A stretch of DNA of 64,000 nt, from positions 832,001 through 896,000 of the forward strand of contig JBGAHS010000001.1 of assembly GCA_044226015.1 (NCBI GenBank), given 5' to 3'. Position 1 is the first letter of the stretch; each line of letters begins with the position of its first letter. A program made the position numbers and the translations under genes. This document shows, piece by piece, positions 27,835-40,892 of this stretch. Under the pieces are notes generated by a model that ran no database searches, had not been told where the DNA came from, and worked only from the letters and a program-made list of their open reading frames with translations. Source of the DNA: Candidatus Obscuribacteraceae bacterium. Its GTDB lineage: Bacteria; Cyanobacteriota; Vampirovibrionia; Obscuribacterales; Obscuribacteraceae.

Positions 27835-27869
27835 GGAGCAGGATCTATAATGGTCCTGCTCTCCTTTTT
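27835..27869 (+). terminator. Terminator-like hairpin after pilin 3
   Basis: GAGCAGGATC...GGTCCTGCTC then TCCTTTTT. Confidence 0.6.
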
Positions 27870-27896
27870 ACCCTAAACGGTTTTCACTTTTTGCAA

Positions 27897-28742
27897 ATGA
27901 CAAAATCTGCCTGCTCGAGTAACACACTGAAGGCCCTGCTGGTGCTTATTCCAGCTTGCATTGTCATGCAACTTAGTCATGTTCAATTGATAAAGGCGAT
28001 TCCGTTTCAGTTTAAGTTTGAACGAACAAGAATGATCTTAAAAGCCGAAAACGCAAGAGCCGCTTCTCTTGGCTTCACTCGTGTTTTGGCGGATCTCAAT
28101 TGGCTCGGTTTCGTTCAATATTATGGCGATAAGAGAGTTGTTCCTGAAGGATTTAAGTTTGCCTCGGATTTTCTAAATCTGATTATTGAGTTAGATCCAC
28201 ACTTCAAGGCTCCATACTGGTTCGCTTCTTTCATACTCGCTGGTGAATTACACGACAACGAGGCCGCCACAAAGATTCTCGACAAGGGAATAAAGTTGAA
28301 CCCCACAAACTGGGAGCTCTGCTACATTGCAGGGTTCAATCAGTACATGTATGGATATGACAAAAAAGCCGTTCGCCGACAAGACCCGGCTGCTATTCGG
28401 CAGCGCAATTTAAGCTTGGACAAAGCCGCTGACTACTATGAACAGGCGGCTAAGATTGCGGGAGCCCCTTCCTGGTTGAAGGGCTTTGCGAAAATTATGC
28501 GTTCTCATGCTCTAGATATAGTGTCTGAGATCAGGCAGTGGGAGAAAACATTCAATACTAGTGACAGCCTGGTAGTTCGTCAGCACGCTGTTGAACAATT
28601 ACAAGAGCTGTATTCGATTCTCTACTACATCTCACCCAATGATGCCTATCGTAATCGTGCAACAAGCGGTCTGCATCAGCTCGACGTTCCGTTACTTGAG
28701 AAGTCCAAGCTGCCAACGAATTGGCAGGATAATAAATTGTAG
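27897..28742 (+). CDS. Pilin-associated membrane-anchored TPR-like protein (Myxococcus PilG / Geobacter XapA-like)
   Basis: N-terminal TM; LADLNWLGFVQYYG...ELDPHF..PY, ILDKG..NPTNW and GAPSW motifs; immediately downstream of the pilins. Confidence 0.65.
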   Translation: MTKSACSSNTLKALLVLIPACIVMQLSHVQLIKAIPFQFKFERTRMILKAENARAASLGFTRVLADLNWLGFVQYYGDKRVVPEGFKFASDFLNLIIELDPHFKAPYWFASFILAGELHDNEAATKILDKGIKLNPTNWELCYIAGFNQYMYGYDKKAVRRQDPAAIRQRNLSLDKAADYYEQAAKIAGAPSWLKGFAKIMRSHALDIVSEIRQWEKTFNTSDSLVVRQHAVEQLQELYSILYYISPNDAYRNRATSGLHQLDVPLLEKSKLPTNWQDNKL

Positions 28743-28806
28743 TGAGAAATCGATAAGCATCTGGGATAATCGTCTTGCGTTTCTATAAAGTACAACTGGA
28801 GCTTCT

Positions 28807-31800
28807 GTGCAAAATTTCAAGGGGAAGTTTGACACCCGGTTTTTGATTACTGCTGGGCTTTTTCTGTTCTCAGGATTAAGCAGCTTAATTTATCAAGTAA
28901 TCTGGACCCGCTTACTTGTATTTGTTTTTGGCTCAACGACATTTGCAACTTCTACAGTACTTTCAGTCTTCATGGGCGGTTTGGCGCTTGGTTCTTATCT
29001 GGCAGGAAACCGGGCTGATCGCATAAAGAAACCTCTTTTAGCTTATGGAATTTTGGAATTCGCAATTGGTGTCTGGGCTCTGCTGACGCCTGTACTCTTC
29101 TCTGCGGCAATACCAATTTACAAAGCCTTCTTTGAATCGTTGCATTTGCAACCGATCGTTTTTGGAATGCTTCGTTACGCGATTGCTTCTGTAATCTTGC
29201 TTTTACCGACTGCCTGTATGGGCGCAACGCTACCACTGTTGTCTAGATATGTGACCGAAAGTTTGGAGCAGGTCGGTGACAGGGTTGGCACCTTGTATGG
29301 CATAAACACGCTTGGCGCCGTTTTAGGATCTATACTCGGCGGCTTTGTGCTAATTCCTAATTTGGGGCTGAGCATGACTACCAATATTGCTGCGGCAATA
29401 AACGTGCTGTTGATGCTAGCTGTTCTTGGAATTTCAAAATTGCCTTCTTTTGCAGCAAGAAACGCAAGCATCGCGGAATCCATCGAAGCTGCTCCGAAGT
29501 CGGAGGGTGAAAAACTTTCACCGCTTGTAAAAGCGACGATGATCAGCTTTGGCATTTCTGGCGCCCTGGCTATGATTTATGAAGTGGCGTGGACTCGTGC
29601 CCTTTTGATGGTTATAGGCTCTACCACGTATGCGTTCACTGTTATGTTGTCGGCATTCCTTGTCGGAATTTTTGCAGGAAGTTTAATAGCTGCGCGTTTT
29701 GTAGACAAAATGAAAGCTCCGGTTATTGGTTTTGCAATAGCTGAGATCGTTTTGAGTTTTTTCGGTTTAGTAGCGCTTTTCACGTTCAATCATCTTCCTT
29801 ATATAAACTTGATTGCCGGAATTCAATTAAAAGAAAGTCCTGATCTGACATTGTGTTTCCGATTCTTTGCGGCTGGGCTGGTACTTCTACCGATCTCACT
29901 CTGTCTGGGAATGATCTTTCCTCTTGCAGTAAAAGTTTGTGCGCAAGATCTCGCCAGAATCGGAAAGTCTCTAGGGCAACTCTATTCAATTAACACGGTG
30001 GGCGCCATCATTGGTGCCTTCCTGGCGGGCTTCGTTGTGATACCAGTTTTTGGTACAGAGCAAGCGCTCGTGCTTACTTCCCTTGTTAATTTGTTGCTTG
30101 GCGCAGTGCTCTTGTTCATGTTCTCACAGCTCAAGTACTCGATTAAGTTGTTGACTGTCGCCACGTCTATCATTTCCATCGTCGTTGTATCCGTAAACCC
30201 GCCTCGCTTCTTTGACATTAATCAGATTGTTGGTGCGCAAAGCTTCCGTCGTTTCTTGATCAACCAACCAAACGTTACGACAGAAAATGCTGCCAGCATA
30301 TTTAATGATCTACTTGCTGACGGTAGCATTGAATACTATAAAGAAGGCAAGTCAGCTAACGTCGCAATCAGAAAGAGTGGATCGCAAGGCTTTCACTCGC
30401 TTATTACCAATGGGCACATTGATGCTTCTGATGAGTTTGATATGAGCAATCAAGCAATGCTAGCTGCTCTTCCTTTGCTTTCCAAGCCAAATAACAACGA
30501 CGAAGTATGCGTCATCGGTTGGGGCAGCGGCGTGACTACTGGTTATGCACTTCGCTTTCCCATAAAAGAAATGGTTTGCTCTGAACTAGAGCCTGTGGTT
30601 ATTGAAACCAGTCCTTTTTTCCATGCCGTAAATTTCAAGCCTGAAGAGGATAAACGATGCGTCATCGAGCCTTCAGATGGAAGAAACTATTTGCTTGGAA
30701 CTTCGAAAAAATTCGACGCAATAATTTCGGAGCCCTCTAATCCATGGCAAGCTGGTGTTTGTAATCTCTTTACGAAAGAGTATTTCCAAATTTGTAAGGA
30801 TGGATTAAAGCCTGGTGGTGTTTTCACAATGTGGTCTCAGGTTAGTGAGATTCCGACGAAAGATTTGCGCAACGTTTTTTCTGCTCTGCACTCCGCTTTT
30901 CCAGAAGTGTTTATTTTCGACAGTGGAAATGGTTGCGACGTAGTTGCTCTTGCTTATCCTGAAAAGCATAAGTTCAATTTTGAGCAAGTAAAGAAGAATA
31001 TTGAGTTGCCCGGAGTTCGCGACTCACTAAGGCGTTTTCAATTGTTGTCTGCTGAAGATTTCTTTGCGCGTCTTGTAGCCACACCAAATAAGGTGGATGG
31101 TGAAATCGCTGGAATTGAGCCAAACTCAGATGAGCGAAATTATTTGGAATATGACATTGCAAAGACTTACGAAAACAAGTCTTTCAATTTGAACAATCAA
31201 GATTGGCTTCGTTCGATGCATGGTGCCGTCTGGGACTATGTTGATTGGGGGCAAATGTCCGATGAGGACAAGGCGAAGGAGTTTTTGAATATCGCAAGGT
31301 CGTGTGTTAGCTATCCTGCTCTTGCCAGGAGTACTCGTGCATTAGATTGGGCTCAAGAGTCAATGAAGCTAAAGCCGAGTGCTGATGCACTTGCTTTTAT
31401 TGCCGACATGCATGTTTCGGACAGACAGTTTAAAAACGCTGAAGAGGTGCTTGCGCAGGGGCGAAAATTGTATCCGACTGATGCGCGTTTCTTCGGGCTT
31501 GAAGGGGTGATGGCTCTCAAGAATTGCGACTATAACAAGGCGCTGTCGTTTCTTTCTGATGCGGTTAAGATTGCTCCAGACAATTTCAATTTCCGCTATT
31601 ACCTGGCGCTTTGTTATTCGAATTTGAATCTGCAGCAAGCGTACAAACTTTATGTTCCGCCGACAAAGACTGACCCTGCCAAAGTAATTGAACTGTGTCT
31701 CAAGCCAGCCGACGACCAGGCTTTTGTCAAAGGCAAACCACAAATCCTTGCACTTATTGCTGACTCCTATCTGAAGATTGGTAAGCCAGCGCAAGCCATT

Positions 31801-32277
31801 TCTTATTTGCAAAGACTGCTTGCTATCAGTCCGAATGGTTACTTGACCTGGCGCTTGCTCGGTCGAGCTTATGATGCACAGAATGATTGGAATCGGGCGG
31901 CTGTCTCGTACTCGAAATCAATGTCGATTGCAGCAAAAGAAGCTCCTGCGTTTACCAAGCGAATTCAAGGATTTATGGATCGCAAAGTCTATGATCTCGC
32001 TTTGAGAGAGGTTCAAAGTCGTTTAGATATGAACCCAGTTGATACTGAGGCTCTTTCATATCTCGCCGTTCTATCCAGTCTGGATGCCCAGGCGAAATCG
32101 TTCCAGCAAGCAATGATTCAGGGCATCAGGATAGACCTTCCCAAGTCACCATCTGAAAGTACCGTGCCTGCTAAAGGAGCGAATCTCGAAGCTAACGCCG
32201 CAAAAGCAAATTCCACTGGCGAAGTGAAGTCCAGCGAAGATAGAGCGAGTTCTGTTCATCCCTCAGTTAAGCCTTAG
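28807..32277 (+). CDS. Fused multi-TM / spermidine-synthase-like SAM-dependent transferase with C-terminal TPRs
   Basis: Two TM blocks (FSG.SSLIYQVIWTR..FGST; MGATLP; LYGINTLGA), Gly-rich VIGWGSGVT, DGRNYL, DAIISEPSNPW, TPR tail. Confidence 0.88.
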   Translation: MQNFKGKFDTRFLITAGLFLFSGLSSLIYQVIWTRLLVFVFGSTTFATSTVLSVFMGGLALGSYLAGNRADRIKKPLLAYGILEFAIGVWALLTPVLFSAAIPIYKAFFESLHLQPIVFGMLRYAIASVILLLPTACMGATLPLLSRYVTESLEQVGDRVGTLYGINTLGAVLGSILGGFVLIPNLGLSMTTNIAAAINVLLMLAVLGISKLPSFAARNASIAESIEAAPKSEGEKLSPLVKATMISFGISGALAMIYEVAWTRALLMVIGSTTYAFTVMLSAFLVGIFAGSLIAARFVDKMKAPVIGFAIAEIVLSFFGLVALFTFNHLPYINLIAGIQLKESPDLTLCFRFFAAGLVLLPISLCLGMIFPLAVKVCAQDLARIGKSLGQLYSINTVGAIIGAFLAGFVVIPVFGTEQALVLTSLVNLLLGAVLLFMFSQLKYSIKLLTVATSIISIVVVSVNPPRFFDINQIVGAQSFRRFLINQPNVTTENAASIFNDLLADGSIEYYKEGKSANVAIRKSGSQGFHSLITNGHIDASDEFDMSNQAMLAALPLLSKPNNNDEVCVIGWGSGVTTGYALRFPIKEMVCSELEPVVIETSPFFHAVNFKPEEDKRCVIEPSDGRNYLLGTSKKFDAIISEPSNPWQAGVCNLFTKEYFQICKDGLKPGGVFTMWSQVSEIPTKDLRNVFSALHSAFPEVFIFDSGNGCDVVALAYPEKHKFNFEQVKKNIELPGVRDSLRRFQLLSAEDFFARLVATPNKVDGEIAGIEPNSDERNYLEYDIAKTYENKSFNLNNQDWLRSMHGAVWDYVDWGQMSDEDKAKEFLNIARSCVSYPALARSTRALDWAQESMKLKPSADALAFIADMHVSDRQFKNAEEVLAQGRKLYPTDARFFGLEGVMALKNCDYNKALSFLSDAVKIAPDNFNFRYYLALCYSNLNLQQAYKLYVPPTKTDPAKVIELCLKPADDQAFVKGKPQILALIADSYLKIGKPAQAISYLQRLLAISPNGYLTWRLLGRAYDAQNDWNRAAVSYSKSMSIAAKEAPAFTKRIQGFMDRKVYDLALREVQSRLDMNPVDTEALSYLAVLSSLDAQAKSFQQAMIQGIRIDLPKSPSESTVPAKGANLEANAAKANSTGEVKSSEDRASSVHPSVKP

Positions 32278-33337
32278 CAGACTTTTCCTGAAAAGCATTA
32301 TGCAGCTGGCCGCAAGCTGCGTTGATATCAGTTCCCCGTTCGAGGCGGATTGTCACCGTTTTTCCGGTGGACTCCGCAATTCTCTTGAATTTTTGCTGCG
32401 CCTCGATGCTTGGTCGCTCATAAACTACTGCGCCGTCTTTTGCTCGAGTTGGGTTGTAGGGAATCAAGTTGATGTTGCAGTGCAGGTCTTTCACCAGACG
32501 AGCCAGTTCTTCTGCTTGTTCTGGGTAGTCAGTGACATCGGCAAGCATCACATATTCAATGGTTATTCTTCTTCCCGTGCGATCATAATATTTGTGCAAA
32601 GCTTTCATCAAATCTGGAATAGGAAATTTCTGATTTATAGGAACTATGGCGTCTCTTGTCACTGTATCTGGTGCGTGAAGTGAAAGCGCAAGTGTGATTT
32701 GAAGATCTTCTTCGGCCAATCGATTGATACCATTTACGATACCAGAAGTTGAGACTGTGATGTGCCTTTGCCCGATTCCAACCGAATTGATAACTGTGTG
32801 TAGTGATTTAATCACTTCCTCAGTGTTCAGCAGTGGTTCTCCTTGTCCCATATAAACTATGTTAGAGATTCGCTTCTTGCTTTCGCGCTGAATACCCATA
32901 ACCTGATCTACGATTTCCTGGGACGTCAGGTTTCGTTTGAAGCCCATGTATCCCGTTGCACAGAAAGTGCATCCGACTGCGCATCCGACCTGGCTCGATA
33001 CACAGGCCGATAGGCTGTCACGGTCGGCGAATGTCATTAATACAGACTCCACCATTTGCCCGTCAGGCAGTTCGAAGAGATATTTGCAGGTGCCGTCAAA
33101 ACTTCTTTCAAAATGTGCCATTTTGAGAAAGGGTACAGTGAATTTCGAGCTGAGCTGATCTCTTAAGTCTTTTGACAAATCGCTCATTTCATCGAAGGAT
33201 TCAGCGTATTTTGCGTAGATCCAACTATGTATTTGTCTTGCTCGAAACGCCGGAAGTCCCATTGCTTTGATAAGCTTAGTCATTTCTTCCAGTGTTTTGC
33301 CTGACAAAGCGATACGTTCATCGCCGGCTGTGTTCAT
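32267..33337 (-). CDS. rlmN: Dual-specificity 23S rRNA/tRNA methyltransferase RlmN (radical SAM)
   Basis: CVSSQVGCAVGCTFCATG, YMGQGEPL, SLHAP, NLIPYN, DINAACGQL. Start placed at the ATG with GGAG RBS; upstream ATGs exist. Confidence 0.95.
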   Translation of the reverse strand: MNTAGDERIALSGKTLEEMTKLIKAMGLPAFRARQIHSWIYAKYAESFDEMSDLSKDLRDQLSSKFTVPFLKMAHFERSFDGTCKYLFELPDGQMVESVLMTFADRDSLSACVSSQVGCAVGCTFCATGYMGFKRNLTSQEIVDQVMGIQRESKKRISNIVYMGQGEPLLNTEEVIKSLHTVINSVGIGQRHITVSTSGIVNGINRLAEEDLQITLALSLHAPDTVTRDAIVPINQKFPIPDLMKALHKYYDRTGRRITIEYVMLADVTDYPEQAEELARLVKDLHCNINLIPYNPTRAKDGAVVYERPSIEAQQKFKRIAESTGKTVTIRLERGTDINAACGQLHNAFQEKSAKA

Positions 33338-33658
33338 TTCAATTTCTCCGTCGGTGAGCATCTCTGGTTCGCGGACTCTCGCGCTTGGCATGCCGGTTTT
33401 TGCCAGAGGTATACAGAGTAAATTTATCATTTATTATTTCAAATTCCCGATTTTACTGCTTAATCGGCTCCCTATTTTTTTTGAAGTTTGTCTTTCGCCC
33501 CCTCAACAGAGCGTTTAGCGGCTCAGGGAAGTTTTTTGAGTTCTTAAGCGGGACTCTGAAGAGAAACTGATGGTTTGTGGATGTCAGTAACCGGCGTGAT
33601 AGAATTCTTCTCTGTAATTGCTGTTTTTGCAGCAGCCACTTTAGGAGCGAATTACTCA

Positions 33659-36946
<3,288 letters not shown>

Positions 36947-36952
36947 CGGACA

Positions 36953-37693
36953 ATGCGATTCCTATCCTTTGACAGCAGTGGCATGAATGTGCAGCTAGCT
37001 CTGCTAGACGAAGGCAAAATCGTCTTTGAGCAAAGCATTCCACCGACTCAGGTTAACCGCCAGGAGTCGGCTTCTGTGCTGCTTCCGTCAATCGACGAAG
37101 CGCTGAAAGAACTGTCATGGGACAAGGCGAGTCTCGACCTCATTACTGTTGGAGTTGGTCCGGGAAGCTTTACGGGTGTTCGTGTTTCAGTAATTACCGC
37201 TCGAACCATTGCTCAGGGACTTCGTCTGGCTGTCTACCCCGTTTCCCTTTTGGAGGTTTTGGCAGCAACAGTAGAGCGGCCTTGTTCAATTGTGCTCTCC
37301 GCGGGTGGTGGCAAATTTTACACCGCTGCTTACGGAGCCGATTTAGCCGGCAGTGATAAAGGCGAACTCTTTGCTCCCCGCTGTACCGATCTTGAAGAAA
37401 CGAAGTCAGCTCTCGCTTCGCTATCTTCTGTGCAGCACCTCCTGCTCGACAATGGCTTGGAAGAAGCTCAGTTCATCAATGGTAAAAGCCTCGTAGCGTA
37501 TCCCTCATCAATCAATGTAGCTACTGTTGGCGCCTTGCTCAGCTGGGAGCGCTTGCTCAATCTGGCTGATAAACTTAACCGAAATTCGCTTGCAGCACTG
37601 TTTCCATGGGATAATGTGCTGCCTCTTTATTTACGAAGTCCCTCTGTAACCTTAAAGTCAAATGGAAGTTCTAGTAAGACGTCTCACTGTTGA
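36953..37693 (+). CDS. tsaB: tRNA threonylcarbamoyladenosine biosynthesis protein TsaB
   Basis: LSFDSS, VGVGPGSFTGVRV, C-terminal PLYLR; upstream of rimI. Confidence 0.92.
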   Translation: MRFLSFDSSGMNVQLALLDEGKIVFEQSIPPTQVNRQESASVLLPSIDEALKELSWDKASLDLITVGVGPGSFTGVRVSVITARTIAQGLRLAVYPVSLLEVLAATVERPCSIVLSAGGGKFYTAAYGADLAGSDKGELFAPRCTDLEETKSALASLSSVQHLLLDNGLEEAQFINGKSLVAYPSSINVATVGALLSWERLLNLADKLNRNSLAALFPWDNVLPLYLRSPSVTLKSNGSSSKTSHC

Positions 37694-38231
37694 TGATCTG
37701 AATCAGGTCATGGAAATTGAACCTGTGGCTTTCGGAAGCCATCACTGGTCGCGTCATTCCTTCATCAACGAGCTTGAAAATCCAGGTGGTACCTACTTTT
37801 GCGCTGTCGAGTCAAGTACAGGAACTTTATGTGCTTATTCAGGTTTCTGGCTCATTGATGATGAAGCGCATATCACCACCCTCGCCGTTCACCCCGATTA
37901 CCGCCGAAAAGGTATAGGGGAATTAATGCTCATAAACAATATACAAACGGCAATGAAAGTGGGTGCGAAGCGTATGACTCTGGAGGTAAGAGTGTCGAAT
38001 GATCCCGCACAGAAGCTCTATTATAAGTATGGTTTTAAGAGCATGGGGCTAAGACGAAAGTATTATCAGGACAACAGTGAGGACGCACTGGTACTCTGGA
38101 TGGAGGATATTCGTTGCGACGAGTTTCTCGAATTATTAGATAAGAGCATTGCCGCTTGGGAAGCAAACAAAAATCGAGTAAGCTTGAATAGTCCTTTATC
38201 GCAAACGAACAATATCACTACGAAAAGTTAG
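37662..38231 (+). CDS. rimI: Ribosomal protein S18 alanine N-acetyltransferase
   Basis: DEAHITTLAVHPDYRRKGIG, LEVRVSN, LY.KYGF, RRKYYQDNSEDA. Confidence 0.95.
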   Translation: MEVLVRRLTVDDLNQVMEIEPVAFGSHHWSRHSFINELENPGGTYFCAVESSTGTLCAYSGFWLIDDEAHITTLAVHPDYRRKGIGELMLINNIQTAMKVGAKRMTLEVRVSNDPAQKLYYKYGFKSMGLRRKYYQDNSEDALVLWMEDIRCDEFLELLDKSIAAWEANKNRVSLNSPLSQTNNITTKS

Positions 38232-38254
38232 ACGCACTTAAGAGGAGTCATCAA

Positions 38255-39097
38255 TTGCCATCAGGTTTTACGAAAAATCTGCGCAGTTTGAGGAAACGGT
38301 CTTTTCTAGGCCAAATAGTGATCACCTTACTTTCGCTGGAGCTTCTATTTTTCGCTTCCTTTATCTCTGTGCCGTTGCCGACCCCAACGAGCAGAAACAT
38401 TCAGCTTTATGTTCAAAATACAGCCAAGGAATTGTTCACGGTCAGTCTCTCTCAGAAGCCTGAACTGAAACAAAAAGTCGAAGAACAAATTCCCTTCTTC
38501 AAGGAGCCTCCTTCTGGCTCGGTGCGCTTCGGAACCTATGTGCCCTTGCTTCCTATAGCAGTTGCGCTGGGCTACATTATAGGTTCTCCACTGATTCTCA
38601 TTGTCACAGGACTCTATTTAATGCTTGGACTGCTGGGTAATAACAATGGACTGTTCTTGTTTGCGTCTGGCGGCGGAACCTCGTACATCAATGAACCTGG
38701 TTTTGGTTATCTGCTTGGTATCATGGGTGGTGCATGGTTCGCAGGGTTCATATGCCCTGACGAAGAACGTAAGAGTTGGCGTCAGATTCTTGCTTCAGTA
38801 GTCGGCGTTTTGATTGTTCATGCCATTGGTTTGTCGATTGTATTCGGCAGCAGCATCGGTGTTCTTCTATTTGAGGGTGAGCAGGCTTATCTCTCGTTTC
38901 AGCCCTGGCTTTCCGAACAGCTTCGAAATCTCAGCTGGTATACCCTGCCTTACGATTTGCTGTTTGCTACAATGTTAATTGCTCTGGTTTTTCCATTGCG
39001 ACTATTGTTTACGATGCTTATGAGCCCCGATATTTCAAGCCGGCACCGTCCGCGCGTCGATACTCAGCTTGAAGTTTTGCAGGAAAGCGGCGTTTAG
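38255..39097 (+). CDS. bioY: BioY-family biotin transporter S-component (extended)
   Basis: LYLMLGLLG..FASGGGTSYINEPGFGYLLG; multi-TM; TTG start with AGAGGAG RBS. Confidence 0.75.
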   Translation: MPSGFTKNLRSLRKRSFLGQIVITLLSLELLFFASFISVPLPTPTSRNIQLYVQNTAKELFTVSLSQKPELKQKVEEQIPFFKEPPSGSVRFGTYVPLLPIAVALGYIIGSPLILIVTGLYLMLGLLGNNNGLFLFASGGGTSYINEPGFGYLLGIMGGAWFAGFICPDEERKSWRQILASVVGVLIVHAIGLSIVFGSSIGVLLFEGEQAYLSFQPWLSEQLRNLSWYTLPYDLLFATMLIALVFPLRLLFTMLMSPDISSRHRPRVDTQLEVLQESGV

Positions 39098-39100
39098 TTC

Positions 39101-40036
39101 ATGAAACTACCTCGATTCCTTGAAGATCCGCAAAAGCGGAATGTAGTTTTTGCTTCCTTAGCAGGAGTAGCTGCAGCCGCTGGACTAGGTGCATACTTGT
39201 ACGCTAGCAAGGTCGAGTCGCGCAGTTATAAGCTCGATTCCCTCAGAGTTGACACAGGAATGAAGCGGGCCGAGCTATCTTCCAGCGACGATGACGTCAC
39301 CCGTCTGCGAATTTTACACATTTCGGATTTGCATCTTTCAAAGCCAGAAACGCATAAAATTGAGTTTCTGCGCAGAGCTACTGATGCGCAATACGACATG
39401 ATTGTCATAACTGGCGACATATTCGAGAATTATTCAGGCATGGAGTACGCCTCTCAAATAATCGCTAGACCTCCTCGCTTAGGTACTTTTGCCGTTCTGG
39501 GCAATCACGATTACTTCAATTACTCGATGATGCATCGCACCATCGGTAGAGTCATAAGAAAATTTCGCTCTCCCAAGGCAAAACGTGATGTTCAGCCAAT
39601 GGTAGAGGCACTCGAGGCAGCGGGAATAAGAGTCTTGCGTAATGAAGCTGTCACCTTGCACGATGAAAAATTGCATATTGTAGGAATTGATTATCCAGGA
39701 ATAGCCGAACATGAGCTACAGCGACTGTCTAAAGAGGCACCGCCTGGATATTTCGTGATGGCGCTAGTGCACGTGCCCGAAAGACTTGAGCGTCTTTCTC
39801 GTGCAAACATCGACCTTGCTTTCGGCGGTCATACGCACGGTGGACAAATTCGCATTCCCGGTTGGGGTCCTCTGATTACTAATTCTGATTTACCGCGTCA
39901 TGAAGCCTCTGGGCTCATCTGGAGAGGTAATACAGCTATTCATGTTTCAAGGGGTATAGGGGCTGACCCTCGTACCAATTTTCGACTTTTCTGTCCGCCA
40001 CATGGCAGTGTCATAGAGTTGTGTCATAGAAGCTAA
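39101..40036 (+). CDS. Calcineurin-like metallophosphoesterase (YkuE-type)
   Basis: HISDLH, TGD, LGNHD, H.P, GHTHGGQ, VSRGIG. Confidence 0.93.
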   Translation: MKLPRFLEDPQKRNVVFASLAGVAAAAGLGAYLYASKVESRSYKLDSLRVDTGMKRAELSSSDDDVTRLRILHISDLHLSKPETHKIEFLRRATDAQYDMIVITGDIFENYSGMEYASQIIARPPRLGTFAVLGNHDYFNYSMMHRTIGRVIRKFRSPKAKRDVQPMVEALEAAGIRVLRNEAVTLHDEKLHIVGIDYPGIAEHELQRLSKEAPPGYFVMALVHVPERLERLSRANIDLAFGGHTHGGQIRIPGWGPLITNSDLPRHEASGLIWRGNTAIHVSRGIGADPRTNFRLFCPPHGSVIELCHRS

Positions 40037-40046
40037 TATCCAAGTT

Positions 40047-40781
40047 ATGGATCAACAAACCAGCGCAACAATAAATCTAATCGGGATGCTCTTTGATGCT
40101 GCTGGTGGGCTCTACCTCGCTTACGATTTGTTGGGTGGCGAAAAAGGACCCCTGAGCACGTTTACGCGCATTTTTACCTATAGCTTTATCATCAGCAGCA
40201 TTTATTCGCTTACTATGGGGCTTCGCTTTGGCTTGCTTGCTGGAGTTGCTCTGGGCGTTGCCATAGGACTGCAGCTTGACCGCCTTGGTCGGAATCTAAA
40301 GGATACAAAAGGTTTTTTGTTTGGAATTTCTTTGTTGCGAGGTCTTGGTCTTGGTGCGGCCGTCGCCACCATTGATGGTGTCACTAGCGCCTCTATTGTA
40401 GGTGCCATTACCTTTCTGGCATCAATGATTTTACCCAGCTTTGGTATCTCGCCTGAGCTGTTGAAAGACACTGACAAGCGACCCAGGCTAAGTAAGCGAA
40501 AGCTTTTACTCGTTGTCGTGTTCCTTCTAATCGCATTGTTGTGTGATTTCCTTTTCCTGGCATTGGGAGTAAGTCAATCGCAGAGTTCATTTCAAAATAT
40601 GGTGAAGATAAGCTCGATTGTGGTAGTCGCAATACTATTCGTAAGCTACATAAGTCCAACAATTGAGTGGTATGCCGATAATGTTGAGCCGCGCGTACTT
40701 GGCTATGTAGGGGCTGTTCTTTTTACAATCGGATTCTTCATTCAATCGCTGCCTTCCCTGCTCATCGTTTTGAGTAAATAA
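40047..40781 (+). CDS. Hypothetical multi-pass membrane protein
   Basis: 244-aa hydrophobic ORF in operon spacing after the phosphoesterase. Confidence 0.75.
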   Translation: MDQQTSATINLIGMLFDAAGGLYLAYDLLGGEKGPLSTFTRIFTYSFIISSIYSLTMGLRFGLLAGVALGVAIGLQLDRLGRNLKDTKGFLFGISLLRGLGLGAAVATIDGVTSASIVGAITFLASMILPSFGISPELLKDTDKRPRLSKRKLLLVVVFLLIALLCDFLFLALGVSQSQSSFQNMVKISSIVVVAILFVSYISPTIEWYADNVEPRVLGYVGAVLFTIGFFIQSLPSLLIVLSK

Positions 40782-40892
40782 GCAGGATTCGAGACGAGAA
40801 GCAGAATTTAGTTATTTCGAGAATTTCAGTCATTATTTTGCGTAAAAATCATCGATTTTGGGAACTGCAAAAGAAGAAATAGGGAGCTATTC

